64,000 bases of DNA, from the NCBI GenBank assembly GCA_002269645.1, contig NIVC01002838.1, positions 1 through 64,000 on the forward strand. Reading direction: 5' to 3'. Numbering within the stretch: the first letter of the stretch is position 1; each line of letters starts with the position of its first letter. The translations under genes were made by a program, and so were the position numbers. Positions 11,671 to 25,600 of this stretch are shown here, piece after piece. The notes below the pieces were generated by a model that did not search any database, was not told the origin of the DNA, and saw only the letters and a list, made by a program, of their open reading frames with translations. This DNA is from Macrostomum lignano. Taxonomy: Eukaryota.

Positions 11671-12235
11671 TTAAAAATCTTTAGCCTTGACAATTCCCAC
11701 CATACAGGAAGTCTTCTCGAAAAGTGGAGCTGCAGAAGGGTTTGCATTTTTCAACAATGCGCTCTGAAACGTGTCTATTAATCTGCTGCGTGTAAACGAT
11801 GAAAACTACTCGTAGAGGAGCCTAAACATCTTCAGCAAGTCAAGAAAGACGCTTTTGTAGCACAGGTGCCCTGTCAAGTGTTGACAACGAGATTCTTCTC
11901 TCAAGATTCCTGCTGCCTGGATTGACAGGCCTCCCTCTGTGCTCAAAGTTTTCGAACCGAATCCAACAATCCAGAAGCGAAATACTTTGAGAGGGCTCGG
12001 TTTTCAGCACGTCAATCTGATAAACAGCAACGCTGTTTGCTTACCTTTAGATGAACCGTGAGCGATGGGCTGTTGACCTCGCGACAATGCGCTCGGTAAA
12101 CTTGTTTTAAGATGAGGAGGAATCCGCTGCACTGACAGCAGAAGCTCTAGGACGCTACAGCAATTTACAGCAAAACTTACAGCCATGCAGAATTTGTCGA
12201 GTTTTGCAGAGCAAACTGAAGCCACCCAGCATAGA

Positions 12236-12318
12236 TACCTACCTACCTACCTACCTACCTACTTACCTACCTACCTACCTACCTACCTACCTACCTACCT
12301 ACCTACCTACCTACCTAC
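12236..12318. repeat. (CTAC)n microsatellite
   Basis: About 20 near-perfect tetranucleotide units. Confidence 0.95.
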
Positions 12319-12487
12319 CGACAAACCATGTTTAGTATATGGATTCAAGACAAACTGAAAATAGTTATTTTCGAGCTTGGGCCACTTTACGCGTAGGCTT
12401 TTTCCATCAGTGACTCTAAAGCTAATAAGGCAATGTCCCCGGATAGTTGATTCTGGTTCTGGAAATCAATATAAAGTTATACTGGAA

Positions 12488-12666
12488 ACAGACACCGCGT
12501 CTCTCCTGTTAATAAACTTAATTCACAAAAGTGGCTTCAGAATGAGCTGGACGCCTCCTAATGATCCGCAATGGTCCAGCCCAATGAAGCGCTGAGCCCT
12601 GGGAGTTCTCTTCAGGTGCAGGACCCAGGTGCAAGACGCCGTAAGTTCCAGACCTGTGGGGCTGTC
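12488..12666 (-). pseudogene. Inverted, degenerate internal fragment of a B-type paralog
   Basis: Reverse complement translates DSPTGLELTASCTWVLHLKRTPRAQRFIGLDHCGSLGG, homologous to DDPTGLDFTASYTWVLHLKRTPRVQCFIELDNCESIGG of B3. An indel and a stop follow. Confidence 0.85.
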
Positions 12667-12970
12667 CTCAAATGAACAAGAAAAAGGTCTGCATTGTGTT
12701 TAACATATCCCTCTTGCTGATTTTATGAACTCAAGTGCTCGTTGCTTCAAAGTTAGGGCAACTCAAAAGAAATTGTAGCGTCAAGGTAAACAAGCCGTCA
12801 AAGTTAGCGACATGCTGCAAGAGCCAATGGGAAACCAAAACCAATCAGAACACCTCCACTGATCAGCAGAAAGTTAAAAACTTTGATGCGATCTGATGCC
12901 GAGGCTCTCCATACTGGCAGACTCCTCTTCTACTGACTGACAGAAGCTTACAATACATGTACGTCACAAA

Positions 12971-13984
12971 ATGTACAGCCTCCTACATCTCGCTGTTCTG
13001 TGCGCCCTGCTCTCGGTCTCTGACTGTGTGAACGGAGACAAAATTGCACAGCACAGAGTAGCCAACAATCACTGCGTGAACTTGTCGCTCTCGGTGTGGC
13101 GGCAGCCGCGACCCTCCGCCTCCCTGCTCGACTGCTTCGTGTCGAGTCGGTCGTTCCGTCTCGGCAGCGTCGGCGTGGTGCAGCGGAGCAAGCGAGACGC
13201 CTCGTGCGCGCTGTTCCGCTTCGGTGAGGTGTGCCGCCTGCTCAACATGACCAGCTCGTCTACACCGACTGAGGCAGTGGCCACTGAGAGCACCTGCGAG
13301 ACCGTGGTGGACTCGGAGTACGACGCGATCGCTGCGAACGAGCACTTCAGCGCTGTGTGGGTCGGAGACAGGGGACCGGCGCTGGAGAACCTGGTGTGCG
13401 GCTCCCAGGGACAGAGGAACCCCATGAAGTCGCTCAATGTGACCTGGACGAGTGAGGGCGCTCGCATGGACGGAGTCTCGTCTCGGCTGTGGGTGGACGA
13501 CCCCACAGGTCTGGACTTCACGGCGTCCTACACCTGGGTGCTGCACCTGAAGAGGACTCCTAAGGTTCAGTGCTACATTGAGCTGGACAATTGCGAATCA
13601 CTAGGAAGCTCAGTCTTAAGCCTCTTTTGGGAATTCAGCTTGATTACAGGAAAGACGCGATGTCTGTTTTTCTATACTGGCAGCCAAAACTGGCTCCAAA
13701 GCGGCTCTGTGCTGCCCGCTGACCCTGAGCGCTTCTTCATCACTGGCTTGACAACCGATAAGCCGTCGGGTGAACGCCGATTTCTGCTGGGATCCGCGTT
13801 CTTGACCGAGCCGCTGGTCTCTGGCAACGGTTCCAAATTTAATTATAACAATACTGGCGCCTGCATCAAGATCGGCTGGCCGTCTCCAGGCAAGTTCATA
13901 TTGAATGGCGTCATCCGCGCCGTCGCTGTGGCCAACTCGGCTGTGCCTGAGCAGGCGGTGCGACAGCTGCTTCAGCAGCCCTGA
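12971..13984 (+). CDS. Secreted PAN/apple-like + ConA-like (LamG) protein, paralog B1 (337 aa)
   Basis: Intact ORF, signal peptide MYSLLHLAVLCALLSVSDC, family core, and LamG-like C-terminus (CIKIGW, GVIRAVAVANSA). Confidence 0.88.
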   Translation: MYSLLHLAVLCALLSVSDCVNGDKIAQHRVANNHCVNLSLSVWRQPRPSASLLDCFVSSRSFRLGSVGVVQRSKRDASCALFRFGEVCRLLNMTSSSTPTEAVATESTCETVVDSEYDAIAANEHFSAVWVGDRGPALENLVCGSQGQRNPMKSLNVTWTSEGARMDGVSSRLWVDDPTGLDFTASYTWVLHLKRTPKVQCYIELDNCESLGSSVLSLFWEFSLITGKTRCLFFYTGSQNWLQSGSVLPADPERFFITGLTTDKPSGERRFLLGSAFLTEPLVSGNGSKFNYNNTGACIKIGWPSPGKFILNGVIRAVAVANSAVPEQAVRQLLQQP

Positions 13985-14930
13985 AGCTTTGGCTTGGTTG
14001 TTGTGAGAAGTTGAAAAATTAATAATTTGTTGCAACAATATTTTATTTGAGCTTTTAAGTTCTGTACGATTATCTGAACTGCTATATGTGCTTCTTTATG
14101 CGGCTATTTTACCCACTATCAAAAATGTATTTTAACGCTTTTAATTACAGATAGGGGCATAGCATAACAGATCTTTGTTTCTAACTTTCTTTCTTAAGCT
14201 CTGTCTAATTTCTCCCTCTTTTATTTAGAAGATTAAGCATATCTCTTGAGAGAGAGTTATTGGTATAAATTACAAGGGCCGATGGTGTTTTTGGTCATGA
14301 GAAGGCTTGTATTTCAGTCGCGTTGTGTTTTGAAGCAGTAACATTTCTGTAGTGGAAGATTTTCATTTGAATAACTATTTATTTACATATCATTATCAAT
14401 GCCTTAGATTTTTTAATAAAGGGCAAAGCTTTATCATTGCTATTGACAGCTCTTGACATGCTGTAAACCCAATATCTGCATGCGCTTTAATATGTACGGT
14501 ACTACGAAGTTGAGTTAAAAGTACTGCTGTAGCCTCGGTCTGAGCGCAGGAGCCAAATCCTTTTTTGTTTTACGTGGCTCCAGTGCTCGGGCCGGGGGTT
14601 TTAGACGCTGGCGGATCTGGTCTGATCTGATCTTTATCTCAATTATTGCCCCTATTTTTCTTTGGCGAGTCTGTAATCCTGTCTTTACATGCTCGTATCA
14701 CAAAGTGCCTTAGCGAACTTAGCTCTTTGCTATAGATAACAGTATGCTCCTATTGTCCTTATCTATTTATTTACTCTACGGAAGATTTATTGCGTCGTAA
14801 AAGAGCTCATGCGCAGAATTACTTTTTCTGTTTATTTTTCTCAATCATTAAAACCATCAACCGTTTCAATTTTGTGCTCGTAATTTATTTAATGACTTGC
14901 TGAACCTTACTTTTTGGTAATGAAGCAAAT

Positions 14931-16250
14931 GGAACCATTGACCAGTGTGAACCAGTGACCAGTGTAAACCAGTGACCAGTGTGAACCAGTGACCAGTGTG
15001 AACCATTGACCAGTGTGAACCAGTGACCAGTGTGAACCAGTGACCAGTGTAAACCAGTGACTAGTGTGAATCAGTGACCAGTGTGAACCAGTGACCAGTG
15101 TGAACCAGTGACCAGTGTGAACCAGTGACCAGTGTAAACCAGTGACCAGTGTGAACCAGTGACCAGTGTGAACCAGGGACCAGTGTGAACCAGTGACCAG
15201 TGTGAACCAGTGACCACTGTGAACCAGTGACCAGTGTGAACCAGTGACCAGTGTGAACCAGTGACTAGTGTGAATCAGTGACCAGTGTGAACCAGTGACC
15301 AGTGTGAACCATTGACCAGTGTGAACCATTGACCAGTGTGAACCAGTGACCAGTGTGAACCAGTGACCAGTGTGAACCAGTGACCAGTGTGAACCAGTGA
15401 CCAGTGTGAACCAGTGACCAGTGTAAACCAGTGACCAGTGCGAACCAGTGACCAGTGTGAACCAGTGACCAGTGTAAACCAGTGACCAGTGTGAACCAGT
15501 GACCAGTGTGAACCAGTGACCAGTGTGAACCAGTGACCAGTGTGAACCATTGACCAGTGTGAACCAGTGACCAGTGTGAACCAGTGACCAGTGTAAACCA
15601 GTGACCAGTGTGAACCAGTGACCAGTGTGAACCAGGGACCAGTGTGAACCAGTGACCAGTGTGAACCAGTGACCAGTGTGAACCAGTGACCACTGTGAAC
15701 CAGTGACCGGTGTGAACCAGTGACCAGTGTGAACCAGTGACCAGTGTGAACCAGTGACCAGTGTAAACCAGTGACCAGTGCGAACCAGTGACCAGTGAAA
15801 ACCAGTGACCAGTGTGAACCAGTGACCAGTGTAAACCAGTGACCAGTGTGAACCAGTGACCAGTGTAAACCAGTGACCAGTGAACCAGTGACCAGTGTGA
15901 ACCAGTGACCAGTGTGAACCATTGACCAGTGTGAACCAGTGACCAGTGTGAACCAGTGACCAGTGTGAACCAGTGACCAGTGTGAACCAGTGACCAGTGT
16001 GAACCAGTGACCAGTGTGAACCAGTGACCAGTGTGAACCAGTGACCAGTGTGAACCAGTGACCAGTGTGAACCAGTGACCAGTGTGAACCATTGACCAGT
16101 GTGAACCAGTGACCAGTGTAAACCAGTGACCAGTGTGAACCAGTGACCAGTGTGAACCAGTGACCAGTGTGAACCAGTGACCAGTGCGATCCAGGGACCA
16201 GTGTGAACCAGTGACCAGTGTGAACCAGTGACCAGTGTGAACCAGTGACT
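14931..16250. repeat. 17-bp minisatellite (ACCAGTGTGAACCAGTG), ~77 units
   Basis: Tandem unit read directly. The same unit recurs at 31185-31322. Confidence 0.95.
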
Positions 16251-16704
16251 GGCGGCGCAATTAGTGTGACAGTGAGTTCGCAGGTTTGCATTAAAAGGCC
16301 AGAAGTATCAAAAGCTGTGGACGTATGACTCTTTTTGCACTGAGCAGCTGGAAACGATGGAGTTCACCTTTCCTCGTACTACTCTTAGTAGTCTAGCAGT
16401 CACAAGGTATAGGGCGTCCATTGCGCTCTCATCTCCACACAGTTCATCACACTATCGCCGTGAATTGTTTATTATTAACTAATTCTTGATTTATCAGGCA
16501 TCACTTCTGCTTACACCCTCTGCCTATCTTGGCGGAGTCAATAAAATGCAAATATCACTGCTGAAAGATATTCGCTGAAATGAGGGAGCACAGCGACACT
16601 TTATTGAAAGTTGCAGAGATGATTTGCTGTAGGCAAGGTGCACTTAGCCGTAGGTTCCCATTTAAGACTGTAGCTTAGGATGTAAACTACTAGAAATATC
16701 GAAA

Positions 16705-17438
16705 CCCTGCTAGCTAGGCTCAAGGACTACTCAAGTAACATATATATAGGACGCTACACTCGAAACCTATGGTAATGTTTTGAAGGCAACTTTTCACCGA
16801 AAAATACACTACAGAGATAGGAGATTTCAATTTTTAAAGAAAAAAAATTGTTATTGCTTTTGATAGGAGGCAGATCCAGTGTTTATCTTTTGATCTGTTG
16901 TGCCTTTCTTATTGCTCTATCGATATTCATAAAGCTTTTCGTTCAGAAATAGTTTTAAAGGCAGGTTTCACCGGAAAAATACACTACGGAAATAGGAAAT
17001 TTCACGATTTTCAACACTAAAACAGTGATTGGGTCTCTTAACAGTGTCAGAGAAAGTCCTAATCACACTATTTTGTGCCTCACATGCTGCTCTAACGACG
17101 CATTAATCGATTTTTCATGTTAAATTGGTCTTGTCATTATTTTAAGTGACAGACCAATTTAACCGGTAGTGTATTTTTCCGGTGAAACCTGTCTTTAAAA
17201 CTATTTCTGAACGAAAAGCTTTATGAATATCGATAGAGCAATAAGAAAGGCACAACATATCAAAAGATGAACATTGAATCTGCCTCTTATCAAAAGCAAT
17301 AACAATTTTTGTGCTTAAAAATGAAGACTTCCTATCTCTGTAGTGTATTTTTCGGCGAAAAGTGGCCTTCAAAACATTTACCATGGATTTCGAGTGTTGC
17401 GTCCTTCTACTTAAGTTGTCCTGGGCTAGGCTGTCGGG
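16705..17438. mobile_element. Foldback/MITE-like element with ~280-bp imperfect inverted arms and CCC...GGG ends
   Basis: 16745-16988 is the reverse complement of 17164-17405 (e.g. CTTATTGCTCTATCGATATTCATAAAGCTTTTCGTTCAG). Weaker similarity extends to 16705/17438. No convincing TSD. Confidence 0.7.
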
Positions 17439-20273
17439 AGGATGGCGTTATATTTTTAATTTATCCTTGCAAACTCGAAAAGATACTTTTTTTAGTGTTG
17501 AGGGTTTTTACTATTAAATGTCTGTCTGGAAGGTGACAAAATTGTCGAGAGCATACACCGGTAGTTGAATAAACTGTAACCAGACATATTTTCTTGATTA
17601 TTGAAAGGACTATTCGCTCGAAAAAATGTCAAATGGATCAACTACTTTCTTTTATTGTTATTCCAAAGCTCTGAGCAAATATATAATTCTTTGTTATGCG
17701 TTATGACTAACCATAAGCACAATAAATTGTTGGCACGTATTTTTCTAAGGGCTGCGCATGACCAGTCTCAAATGTTATCAATATTGTTTAATTGAAAAAT
17801 TGGGGTTACTGGGAGATAATCAGCTGATGAGCTATACCAACAAATACATATTAACAATTCAAGATTGTTAAAAGGATAAACCATTCGGTAATTCCTACAT
17901 AAAAATAAGTAAGAAGGCTTACCCGTATGAAAAAAGATTTGTTCTCCGACTTATTCAAAGAGTAAAAGACTGTATGTTCAGAAATCAATTTGGAAAAAGA
18001 CAGCTTTGGAAAGCCAGTAACTCAAGATTATTTTCTAGTCACTACGCGGTTGCCTTAAGTGAAAATTCACTGAGGAAGAACCCTTATTACCCCCAGTACA
18101 GCTTAGGCAAACACCGTGGGATAGATTAATAGTATACACATATTCGAATACCACTGCAATGCACAAAGATAGATCGGATTTCGAGTTAAATTTGATATAT
18201 ATGCACCAAATTTGAGAACACTTCCTTCTGTTACTACCTAGATGTAGTGTTCGACCAGCGGTCTTCCTCAAATTTTGGCAGCGCAGTCAGAGCATCACTG
18301 CAATTCGCTATAGTGCCAGTTGATTTTCAATAAGTCTCAACAAGTGGCATATGAGAGAAACTGAACTCTGTGCAGCTTTTAGATTTGCTTGATTCAACCA
18401 TCCTTAGGCCCTGATTTTATATCTTGTATATAGTCGGATGCGAATTTCCCAAACTCATTGCAGTTCAGTGTATTTTATTGACACAGAAATACATGTAATT
18501 GCTTCTGACATTCTGAGAATGTTTCTTCAGCAAATTCTGCTCAAACGAGATTCTATTGTCTGAGAATGTCTGAAAATTGTGATTAAATCAGACTTCAGTA
18601 AGGAAATGGTTTTTTAGTATCGGCTACTAACAGTAGTATGCTAGACTACTAAAAGTAATATAACGGAACCTAAACTCCAAGTTATCCAGATGTGAGCAGT
18701 GCTGAAGTACACAGTTTGGTCATTTGATCCAAGGCAATTCTCATCTTGCAGACTTGATATCAGGTAGTACCTGAAAAGTGGAAAATTCCATCAAAGTTTC
18801 TTTTTTTAATTATTCCATTTTGATGCAAAAATGATACATGAGTTTCAGCGATTGTACGTCAAATATCAACGGTAAAATATGCGTTGGATCAAGCATGAGT
18901 AGGAGAGTGAAATAGGATAATCCACGAGTCCAATAGGTCACGGGAGACACAGAAACCTTAAATGTGATTAATGGCCTGTCAAAAAATGAGAAAAATTACT
19001 TTAGTCACGTGATTTTCCCAGTGCGCACGGGTCCGAATGCGAGGTTGGTCGGCTGATACCTTAACACATGTGGTTATTTGTGATCCGCAAATTAATAAGT
19101 GACACAAAAGGTAAGAAGAGAATATACATGTAGGAGAGAGGAAAGGATATGAGAAGACATGGCTGGAAAAAGAGAGTGCCATTCCTACTGAAGGTAGAAA
19201 GTAAAGTGCAAAGGAGCGATCTCATGAAGGAGAGAGCTTTAATGACGCTAAAGTGACGAAATAAAGCCCACTTTCTGGCCTACTCAGAATGCTTGGTTAT
19301 TTCAGACTACTAGCAAAAGTAGTGATTAATGAATATTAGTAGAAATGTAACGAAAAAAATGCAAAATATGTTATGCTTGATTTCGATTTGAGTTTGATTT
19401 TATTTAACTTTTTAAAGGTAAATATGCAAAGCTTCAGTTTGAAAGATTTCATTTTTGCAAGAGATTCATCACACGTACTACTACGCGATCATATATAAAA
19501 ATTCCTGATTAAACCTCGGGAAGCTCCGTCCTTCTGTCCGGCTTTGAGGATGTACCTATCGGAAGATATCAGTATGGTAGCTGACATCTTAGACAAATCA
19601 TTTGCAAGTATAGCAGCTTAGCAAGATGCTGATTTAGGAAGTTGAAAAGTCGCCTGCTTGGTACGTAGCAGCTAGGAGCTATTCATAGCCGAAGAAGCAG
19701 GAATGAATTGCATCTCAGCAAAAGCGTTCTCTTTCAAAAAAGTAAATCCATCAACCCCGCAACTTTTTCTCCATCAACCCAGCAGCTCCGCCCCAAATCG
19801 GCATGGGCGCGGAAGCCATCCTTTGTTGACTCGGCACACCACCACTGCGAGTGAGAGGAAGCGAGTTTGCCTTGCAAAACAAAGAAGATGGATTTCTAGA
19901 ATTTGCGAACAGTCAGAAAACGGTACTCTTTCCGCTAAATATGTTGCCTCGTTAGGAGGCTGTGAACATGAAAAAAAGCCTGTATATTGTTCAAGCTACA
20001 ATGCATCTCGCTTGCTTTTCGTTGACTCGAATAGTGATTGATCGTTGCCTCAAAGTCAGAACTCAGGCAACCCGCCGCAGAAGTTGCAGCGTCAAGATAA
20101 ACAGGCCGTCCAAATTAAAGACAGGTTTCTGGAGCCAATGAGCAACAAAGCCAATCAGGATGCTTTCACTGATCTGATCAGTGAAGTATATCTGTGACAA
20201 AACAGATACCCAGACATTCAAGACACGTGGCTTTTCTTCTACTCACTCACAGAAGCTCGAGAAACGCAACTAA

Positions 20274-21287
20274 ATGTCCAGCCTCCTACATCTCGCTGTT
20301 CTGTGCGCCCTGCTCTCGGTCTCTGACTGTGTGAACAGAGACAGAACTGCACAGCACAGAGTAGCCAACAATGACTGCCTGAACTTGTCGCTGTCGGTGT
20401 GGCAGATGCCGCGACCCTCCGCCTCCCTGCTCGACTGCTTCGTGTCGAGTCGGTCGTTCCGTCTCGGCAGCGTCGGCGTGGTGCAGCGGAACAAGCGAGA
20501 CGCCTCGTGCGCGCTGTTCCGCTTCGGCGAGGTGTGCCGCCTGCTCAACTTGACCAGCACGTCTACACCGACTGAGGCAGTGGCCACTGAGAGCACCTGC
20601 GAGACCGTGGTGGACTCGGAGTACGACGCGATCGCTGCGAACGAGCACTTCAGCGCTGTGTGGGTCGGAGACAGGGGACCGGCGCTGGAGAACCTGGTGT
20701 GCGGCTCCGAGGGACAGAGGAACCCCATGAAGTCCAGCGGTGTCTCGTGGACGAACGAAGGCGCTCGCATGGACGGAGTCTCGTCTCGGCTGTGGGTGGA
20801 CGACCCCACAGGTCTGGACTTCACGGCGTCCTACACCTGGTTGCTGCACCTGAAGAGAACTCCCAAGAAACAGTGCTTCATCGAGCTGGACAATTGCGGA
20901 TCAATAGGAAGCTCAGTCTTAAGCCACCTTTGGGAATTCAGCTTGATTACAGGAAAGACGCGATGTCTGTTTTCCAATATTGGCCACCAATACTGGGTCC
21001 AAAGCGGCTCTGTGCTGCCCGCCGACCCTGAGCGCTTCTTCATCGCTGGCTTGACCACCGATAAGCCGTCGGTTGAACGCCGATTTCTGCTCGGATCCGC
21101 GTTCTTGACTGAGCCGCTGCACTCTGGCGGCGGTTCTGCATTCAAATTTAACGATGCTGGCGCCTGCATCAAGATCGGCTGGCGGTATCCAACTGGCGGC
21201 CTGCTTAAGGGCGTCATCCGCGCCGTTGCCATGGCAAACTCGGCTGTGACTGAGCAGGCGGTGCGGCAGCTGCTTCAGCAGTCCTAA
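20274..21287 (+). CDS. Secreted PAN/apple-like + ConA-like (LamG) protein, paralog B2 (337 aa)
   Basis: Intact ORF with signal peptide and family core. Confidence 0.88.
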   Translation: MSSLLHLAVLCALLSVSDCVNRDRTAQHRVANNDCLNLSLSVWQMPRPSASLLDCFVSSRSFRLGSVGVVQRNKRDASCALFRFGEVCRLLNLTSTSTPTEAVATESTCETVVDSEYDAIAANEHFSAVWVGDRGPALENLVCGSEGQRNPMKSSGVSWTNEGARMDGVSSRLWVDDPTGLDFTASYTWLLHLKRTPKKQCFIELDNCGSIGSSVLSHLWEFSLITGKTRCLFSNIGHQYWVQSGSVLPADPERFFIAGLTTDKPSVERRFLLGSAFLTEPLHSGGGSAFKFNDAGACIKIGWRYPTGGLLKGVIRAVAMANSAVTEQAVRQLLQQS

Positions 21288-21494
21288 AGCTTAATTTTTG
21301 TTTTGAGAAGTTTAAAAAGGAATAATTGTAATTTACATCATACGAGAATAATTATCTGAACTGTTTTATGTGTCTTTTTTAATAGTTATTTTACCCAGAT
21401 TGAAATTACGCTATATTTCTTTATAGTTCTTGCCTTATAGGTAGCTTGAAAACTATTATTTCTTTCCAACTCCGTCTTATTTCAGCATATTTTA

Positions 21495-22600
21495 CTAGCA
21501 ATCTACGCCCCCCGTTGGGGAGCCAAAGAAATGCAATACACGTTTTTTTAATAAGCTACATGTATCCTTGAAATCTTAAAAAAATCTCCTGTCAAACCTT
21601 GTAAGCCTTGACATGTCAGTAATTCCCCCCCACAAGCTTTAACTTATCAACTTCCCCCCTTGACATCACAGCAATGCCCCCAATAAGCCTTGGAAATCTA
21701 AAAACTGTCAACCTTCTAACCCTAACCCTAGCCTAACCCTAACCCTAACCCTAACCTAACATTGAAATTTCAGTAATTCTCTCTAAGAGTCATTATAGCA
21801 CTACTACAGCATTATAGCGATTCCCTGCAAGCCTCGACATCATAGGGATTCCCAAATGAATCTCTTAACTTCGACATGAAGCTTCTTTTATTTTTTACAT
21901 TACGCTTTTTTTATCAGCGATCCCTCCCCTGATGAGGCATCAAATAATGTAATAAAAAGTTTTCAATAAACTACATGTAGCTTCTGACTTTAGCCTTGAA
22001 ATCTCATTTATACCCCCGTGAGCCTTGAAATCTCAGCCATTCCCCCCATAAGCCTTGACATGTCAGCGATGGCCCCCATAAACCTTGAAATCTAAAAAAT
22101 CCCCTGTTATTCTGTTAACCTTGAAACCCGATAAAATATAACCCTCAACCCACACCTGACCTAAACCTAACTTTAACCCAACCTAAAGCCTTGAAATCTC
22201 AGCAATTCTTCTCCCCTAAGCCTTGAAATTTTAGTGATTCCTTCTTTAAGAATCACAGCACTATAACGATTTCCACCAAGCTTTGACATCGTAGCAATTC
22301 CCAAAGGAATCTTTTAACTTCGACATGACTTTTCTTTTATGTATACATAGTGCTACTTTTATTTTTTACATGACTCTTCTTCTATCAGCGACCCCCCCCC
22401 GTGGCGAGCCAAAGAATGCAATAAAAAAATTGAGTAAAGTACATGAACTTTGAAGTAGCTTCTGACTTTTGCTTTGACATCTCAGAACCCCCCCCCCCGT
22501 AATCTCAGTTATTCTCTGAGAGCCTTTACGTCTCAGTTTTTCTCCCCAGCACAGCATTATAGCTGCATTTAATTTTTACATGACACCCTTCATGTCTGAC
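21495..22600 (-). mobile_element. Helitron-like non-autonomous element (3' end at 21495), internally duplicated, with (CCCTAA)n-like tracts
   Basis: On the minus strand it ends in a hairpin (CCCCAACGGGG) about 13 nt before CTAG followed by T. A second copy lies at 63267-63650. It interrupts the B2 downstream region. Confidence 0.55.
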
Positions 22601-25600
22601 ATGACGCTTCTTTTATTCTACCATGATGCTTCTTAATTTTTTAAATGACACTTTCATTAGTTTTTAAATGAGGCTTCTATGATTTTTTCTTGACGCTTCT
22701 ATGATTTTTATATGACGCTTCTATGATTGTTTACATGACGCTTCTATGATTGTTTACATGACGCTTCTATGATTTCTTACATGACGCTTCTATAATTTTT
22801 TACATGAAGCTTCTATGATTTTTTTACATGACGCTTCTATGATTTTTTCTTGACGCTTCTATGATTTTTATATGACGCTTCTATGATTGTTTACATGACG
22901 CTTCTATGATTGTTTACATGACGCTTCTATGATTTCTTACATGACGCTTCTATAATTTTTTACATGACGCTTCTATGATTTTTTTACATGACGCTTCTAT
23001 GATTTTTTACATGACGCTTCTATGATTGTTTACATGACGCTTCTATGATTTTTTACATGACGCTTCTATGATTTTTATATGACGCTTCTATGATTTTTTA
23101 AATGACGCTTTCATGATTGTTTACATGACGCTTCTATGATTTTTTTACATGACGCTTCTATGATTCTTTACATGACGCTTCTATGATTGTTTACATGACG
23201 CTTCTATGATTGTTTACATGACGCTTCTATGATATTTTACATGACGCTTCTACGATTTTTTACATGACGCTTCTATGATTTTTTACATGACGCTTCTATG
23301 ATTGTTTACATGACGCTTCTATGATTGTTTACATGACGCTTCTATGATTTTTAAATGACGCTTCTACGATTTTTACATGACGCTTCTATGATTGTTTACA
23401 TGACACTTCTATGATTGTTTACATGACGCTTCTATGATTGTTTACATGACGCTTCCATGATTTTAAAATGACGCTTCTACGATTTTTCACATGACGCTTC
23501 TATGATTGTTTACATGACGCTTCTATGATTTTTTACATGACGCTTCTATGATTGTTTACATGACGCTTCTATGATTTTTACATGACGCTTCTATGATTTT
23601 TACATGACGCTTCTATAATTTTTTACATGACGCTTCTACGATTTTTACATGACGCTTCTATGATTGTTTACATGACACTTCTATGATTGTTTACATGACG
23701 CTTCTATGATTGTTCATATGACGCTTCTATGATTGTTTACATGACGCTTCCATGATTTTAAAATGACGCTTCTACGATTTTTCACATGACGCTTCTATGA
23801 TTTTTTTACATGACGCTTCTATGATTTTTTACATGACGCTTCTATGATTGTTTACATGACGCTTCTATGATTTTTATATGACGCTTCTATGATTTTTTAA
23901 ATGACGCTTTCATGATTGTTTACATGACGCTTCTATGATTTTTTTACATGACGCTTATATGATTCTTTACATGACGCTTCTATGATTGTTTACATGACGC
24001 TTCTATGTTATTTTACATGACGCTTCTACGATTTTTTACATGACGCTTCTATGATTTTTTACATGACGCTTCTATGATTGTTTACATGACGCTTCTATGA
24101 TTGTTTACATGACGCTTCTATGATTGTTTACATGACGCTTCTATGATTTTTAAATGACGCTTCTACGATTTTTACATGACGCTTCTATGATTGTTTACAT
24201 GACACTTCTATGATTGTTTACATGACGCTTTTATGATTGTTTATATGACGCTTCTATGATTGTTTACATGACGCTTCTATGATTGTTTACATGACGCTTC
24301 TATGATTGTTTACATGACGCTTCTATGATTTTTAAATGACGCTTCTACGATTTTTACATGACGCTTCTATGATTGTTTACATGACACTTCTATGATTGTT
24401 TACATGACGCTTTTATGATTGTTTATATGACGCTTCTATGATTGTTTACATGACGCTTCCATGATTTTAAAATGACGCTTCTACGATTTTTCACATGACG
24501 CTTCTATGATTGTTTACATGACGCTTCTATGATTTTTTACATGACGCTTCTATGATTGTTTACATGACACATTTATGATTGTTTACATGACGCTTCTATG
24601 ATTGTTTATATGACGCTTCTATGATTGTTTACATGACGCTTCCATGATTTTAAAATGACGCTTCTACGATTTTTCACATGACGCTTCTATGATTGTTTAC
24701 ATGACGCTTCTATGATTTTTTACATGACGCTTCTATGATTGTTTACATGACGCTTCTATGATTGTTTACATGACGCTTCTATGATATTTTACATGACGCT
24801 TCTACGATTTTCACATGACGCTTCTATGATTGTTTACATGACACTTCTATGATTGTTTACATGACGCTTCTATGATTGTTTATATGACGCTTCTATGATT
24901 GTTTACATGACGCTTCCATGATTTTAAAATGACGCTTCTACGATTTTTCACATGACGCTTCTATGATTTTTTTACATGACGCTTCTATGATTCTTTACAT
25001 GACGCTTCTATGATTGTTTACATGACGCTTCTATGATTGTTTACATGACGCTTCTATGATTTTTATATGACGCTTCTATGATTTTTAAATGACGCTTTCA
25101 TGATTGTTTACATGACGCTTCTATGATTTTTTACATGACGCTTCTATGATTCTTTACATGACGCTTCTATGATTGTTTACATGACGCTTCTATGATTGTT
25201 TACATGACGCTTCTATGATTTTTAAATGACGCTTCTACGATTTTTACATGACGCTTCTATGATTGTTTACATGACACTTCTATGATTGTTTACATGACGC
25301 TTCTATGATTTTAAAATGACGCTTCTACGATTTTTCACATGACGCTTCTATGATTGTTTACATGACGCTTCTATGATTTTTTACATGACGCTTCTATGAT
25401 TTTTTGCATGACGCTTCTACGATTTTTACATGACGCTTCTATGATTTTTTAAATGACGCTTCTATGATTGTTTACATGGCGCTTCTATGATTGTTTACAT
25501 GATGCTTCTATGATTGTTTACATGACGCTTCTATGATTTTTTTACATGACGCTTCTATGATTTTTTCTTGACGCTTCTATGATTTTTATATGACGCTTCT

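Noticed and set aside
21714-21762. Telomere or chromosome-fusion site from (CCCTAA)n (also ~50611, 63487-63530)
   Set aside because: Short and degenerate. Two of the tracts are internal to a dispersed repeat family.
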